A DNA stretch of 41,079 bases from a virus (lineage: Duplodnaviria > Caudoviricetes), in IMG/VR virus record IMGVR_UViG_3300020045_003022, positions 1 to 41,079 of that record; one strand, written 5' to 3'. Position 1 is the first letter of the stretch, and the number at the start of each line of letters is the position of its first letter. Made by a program: the position numbers and the translations under genes. Below, piece after piece: positions 40,217 to 41,079 of the stretch. The notes below the pieces were generated by a model, which was not told where the DNA came from, ran no database searches, and saw only the letters and a program-made list of their open reading frames with translations.

Positions 40217-41079
40217 TCAGGCACCACAGGCGCCGCAACAACAGGCGCTAACGGCTCGACTTCTTCGGCCTCGCTGTCGAGTTCGTCATCAGTGCGATCG
40301 GCATTAAGGTATGGCGTGCCGCGCAACGAATCGCGCACGTCTGCCAGCGCGATGACGCCACGGTCTAGAAGCTGGATCGAAGCCATTACGGCCTGTGCGT
40401 CTACGCCTTTCGGGAAAAACTCGCGGTTTAGCTCGAACTCGACAGCAGCAGGATCGCCGCCCATAAACCGAGCCGCATCCTCTAGAGCTGCCTCGACTGC
40501 TTCGGACACGTTATCAGCGGCGGTCAACAGTGCAGACGCTTTACTGCTTGCGTCGATGCGTGCGGCTTCTGCGGTCTCGTTGTCGCCGCGCTCTGTGATT
40601 AGGTGTGCGCCGACTGCGAGCATTTGCGACTCAAGCGCTTTAAGGCGAGTATCTGAGGCGCTGGTAGATTCAAGCTGCAATAGGGTAGCCGACCCAGATG
40701 CGCCAAGGAAAATCCCCTGGTCAGCACCAACAGTGATACCGTTCGGGTTTGCCTCTTTCCACTGGTCATTGCTCAGCTCAGAACTGATAACCAGAGTGCC
40801 GCCGCTATGGATGTGAAGATTTTTTGCGTGGTCAGCAGTCACCTGATAGTGCGCAGTGTTCAAATCAACAATTCCACTGATAACTGCCTTATCAACATCT
40901 GGCCGGTTTGTCTCGCTGCCGATAAAGTGAAACGGGATATGGTCGAACGTCGAACCGCTGAAATCAGTCGGGGCGAACTCTTCTATAATTACGTCGCCGC
41001 TGTCGTCGTAAACAGCCTGGGTATATACGCCATCACGCAAGCGCAATACCCGATAACGTGTCTGGTTTTCGTAAAGGAA
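40213..41079 (-). CDS. Portal protein, C-terminal part (joined with 1-679)
   Basis: HIPFHFIGS...DLNTAHYQ..AD...ETAEAARI; in frame across the junction. Confidence 0.9.
   Translation of the reverse strand, partial: FLYENQTRYRVLRLRDGVYTQAVYDDSGDVIIEEFAPTDFSGSTFDHIPFHFIGSETNRPDVDKAVISGIVDLNTAHYQVTADHAKNLHIHSGGTLVISSELSNDQWKEANPNGITVGADQGIFLGASGSATLLQLESTSASDTRLKALESQMLAVGAHLITERGDNETAEAARIDASSKASALLTAADNVSEAVEAALEDAARFMGGDPAAVEFELNREFFPKGVDAQAVMASIQLLDRGVIALADVRDSLRGTPYLNADRTDDELDSEAEEVEPLAPVVAAPVVPE
40959..41079. repeat. 121-bp terminal direct repeat, right copy
   Basis: Identical to 1-121. Confidence 0.97.

Noticed and set aside
40959-41079. 121-bp repeat as a physical terminal repeat
   Set aside because: It falls mid-portal and has a k-mer-like length, so it is best explained as assembly overlap.
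1-41079. Stop-codon reassignment, DGR/retron, integrase/att or DNA-modification cluster
   Set aside because: Core genes are intact in the standard code with all three stops used. I recognised no reverse transcriptase, recombinase, methylase or base-modification enzyme.

Overview
The window is an apparently complete, circularly permuted ~40.96-kb genome of a long-tailed dsDNA phage (Caudoviricetes, siphovirus-type). Bases 1-121 are identical to 40959-41079, and the portal gene runs across the junction. The small-gene families suggest a Pseudomonas-like gammaproteobacterial host (inference). Most genes are on the minus strand: TerS/TerL, portal, minor head, scaffold, major capsid, neck, tail tube, a frameshifted tail chaperone, tape measure, a GTA-like tail tip (DUF2460/DUF2163/NlpC-P60/central fibre), fibres, a DUF1376 initiator with DnaB, and RusA. 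A divergent plus-strand recombination operon encodes a RecE-like nuclease, an orphan partner, SSB and MazG. A cro gene is present, but I found no cI or integrase, so it is probably lytic. The most notable observations are: (1) a ~440-nt non-coding cassette behind the holin, with its own promoter and terminator, containing tandem structured elements, two of them tRNA-like and ending in ACCA, one with complementary kissing loops; (2) a repeated 16-bp late-gene motif, TGGCAYAMTNYYTGCA, which matches the sigma54 -24/-12 consensus although its spacing to the RBS fits an extended -10 plus start site better; (3) a second recurrent box, CTAGACA, at early/accessory promoters; (4) a T5 A1-like metallophosphoesterase nuclease with a Zn-ribbon; (5) an HslV/proteasome-beta-like Thr protease inside the neck operon; (6) a probable capsid spike carrying an SGNH esterase. 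All family calls come from recognising motifs by eye; no database searches were run.
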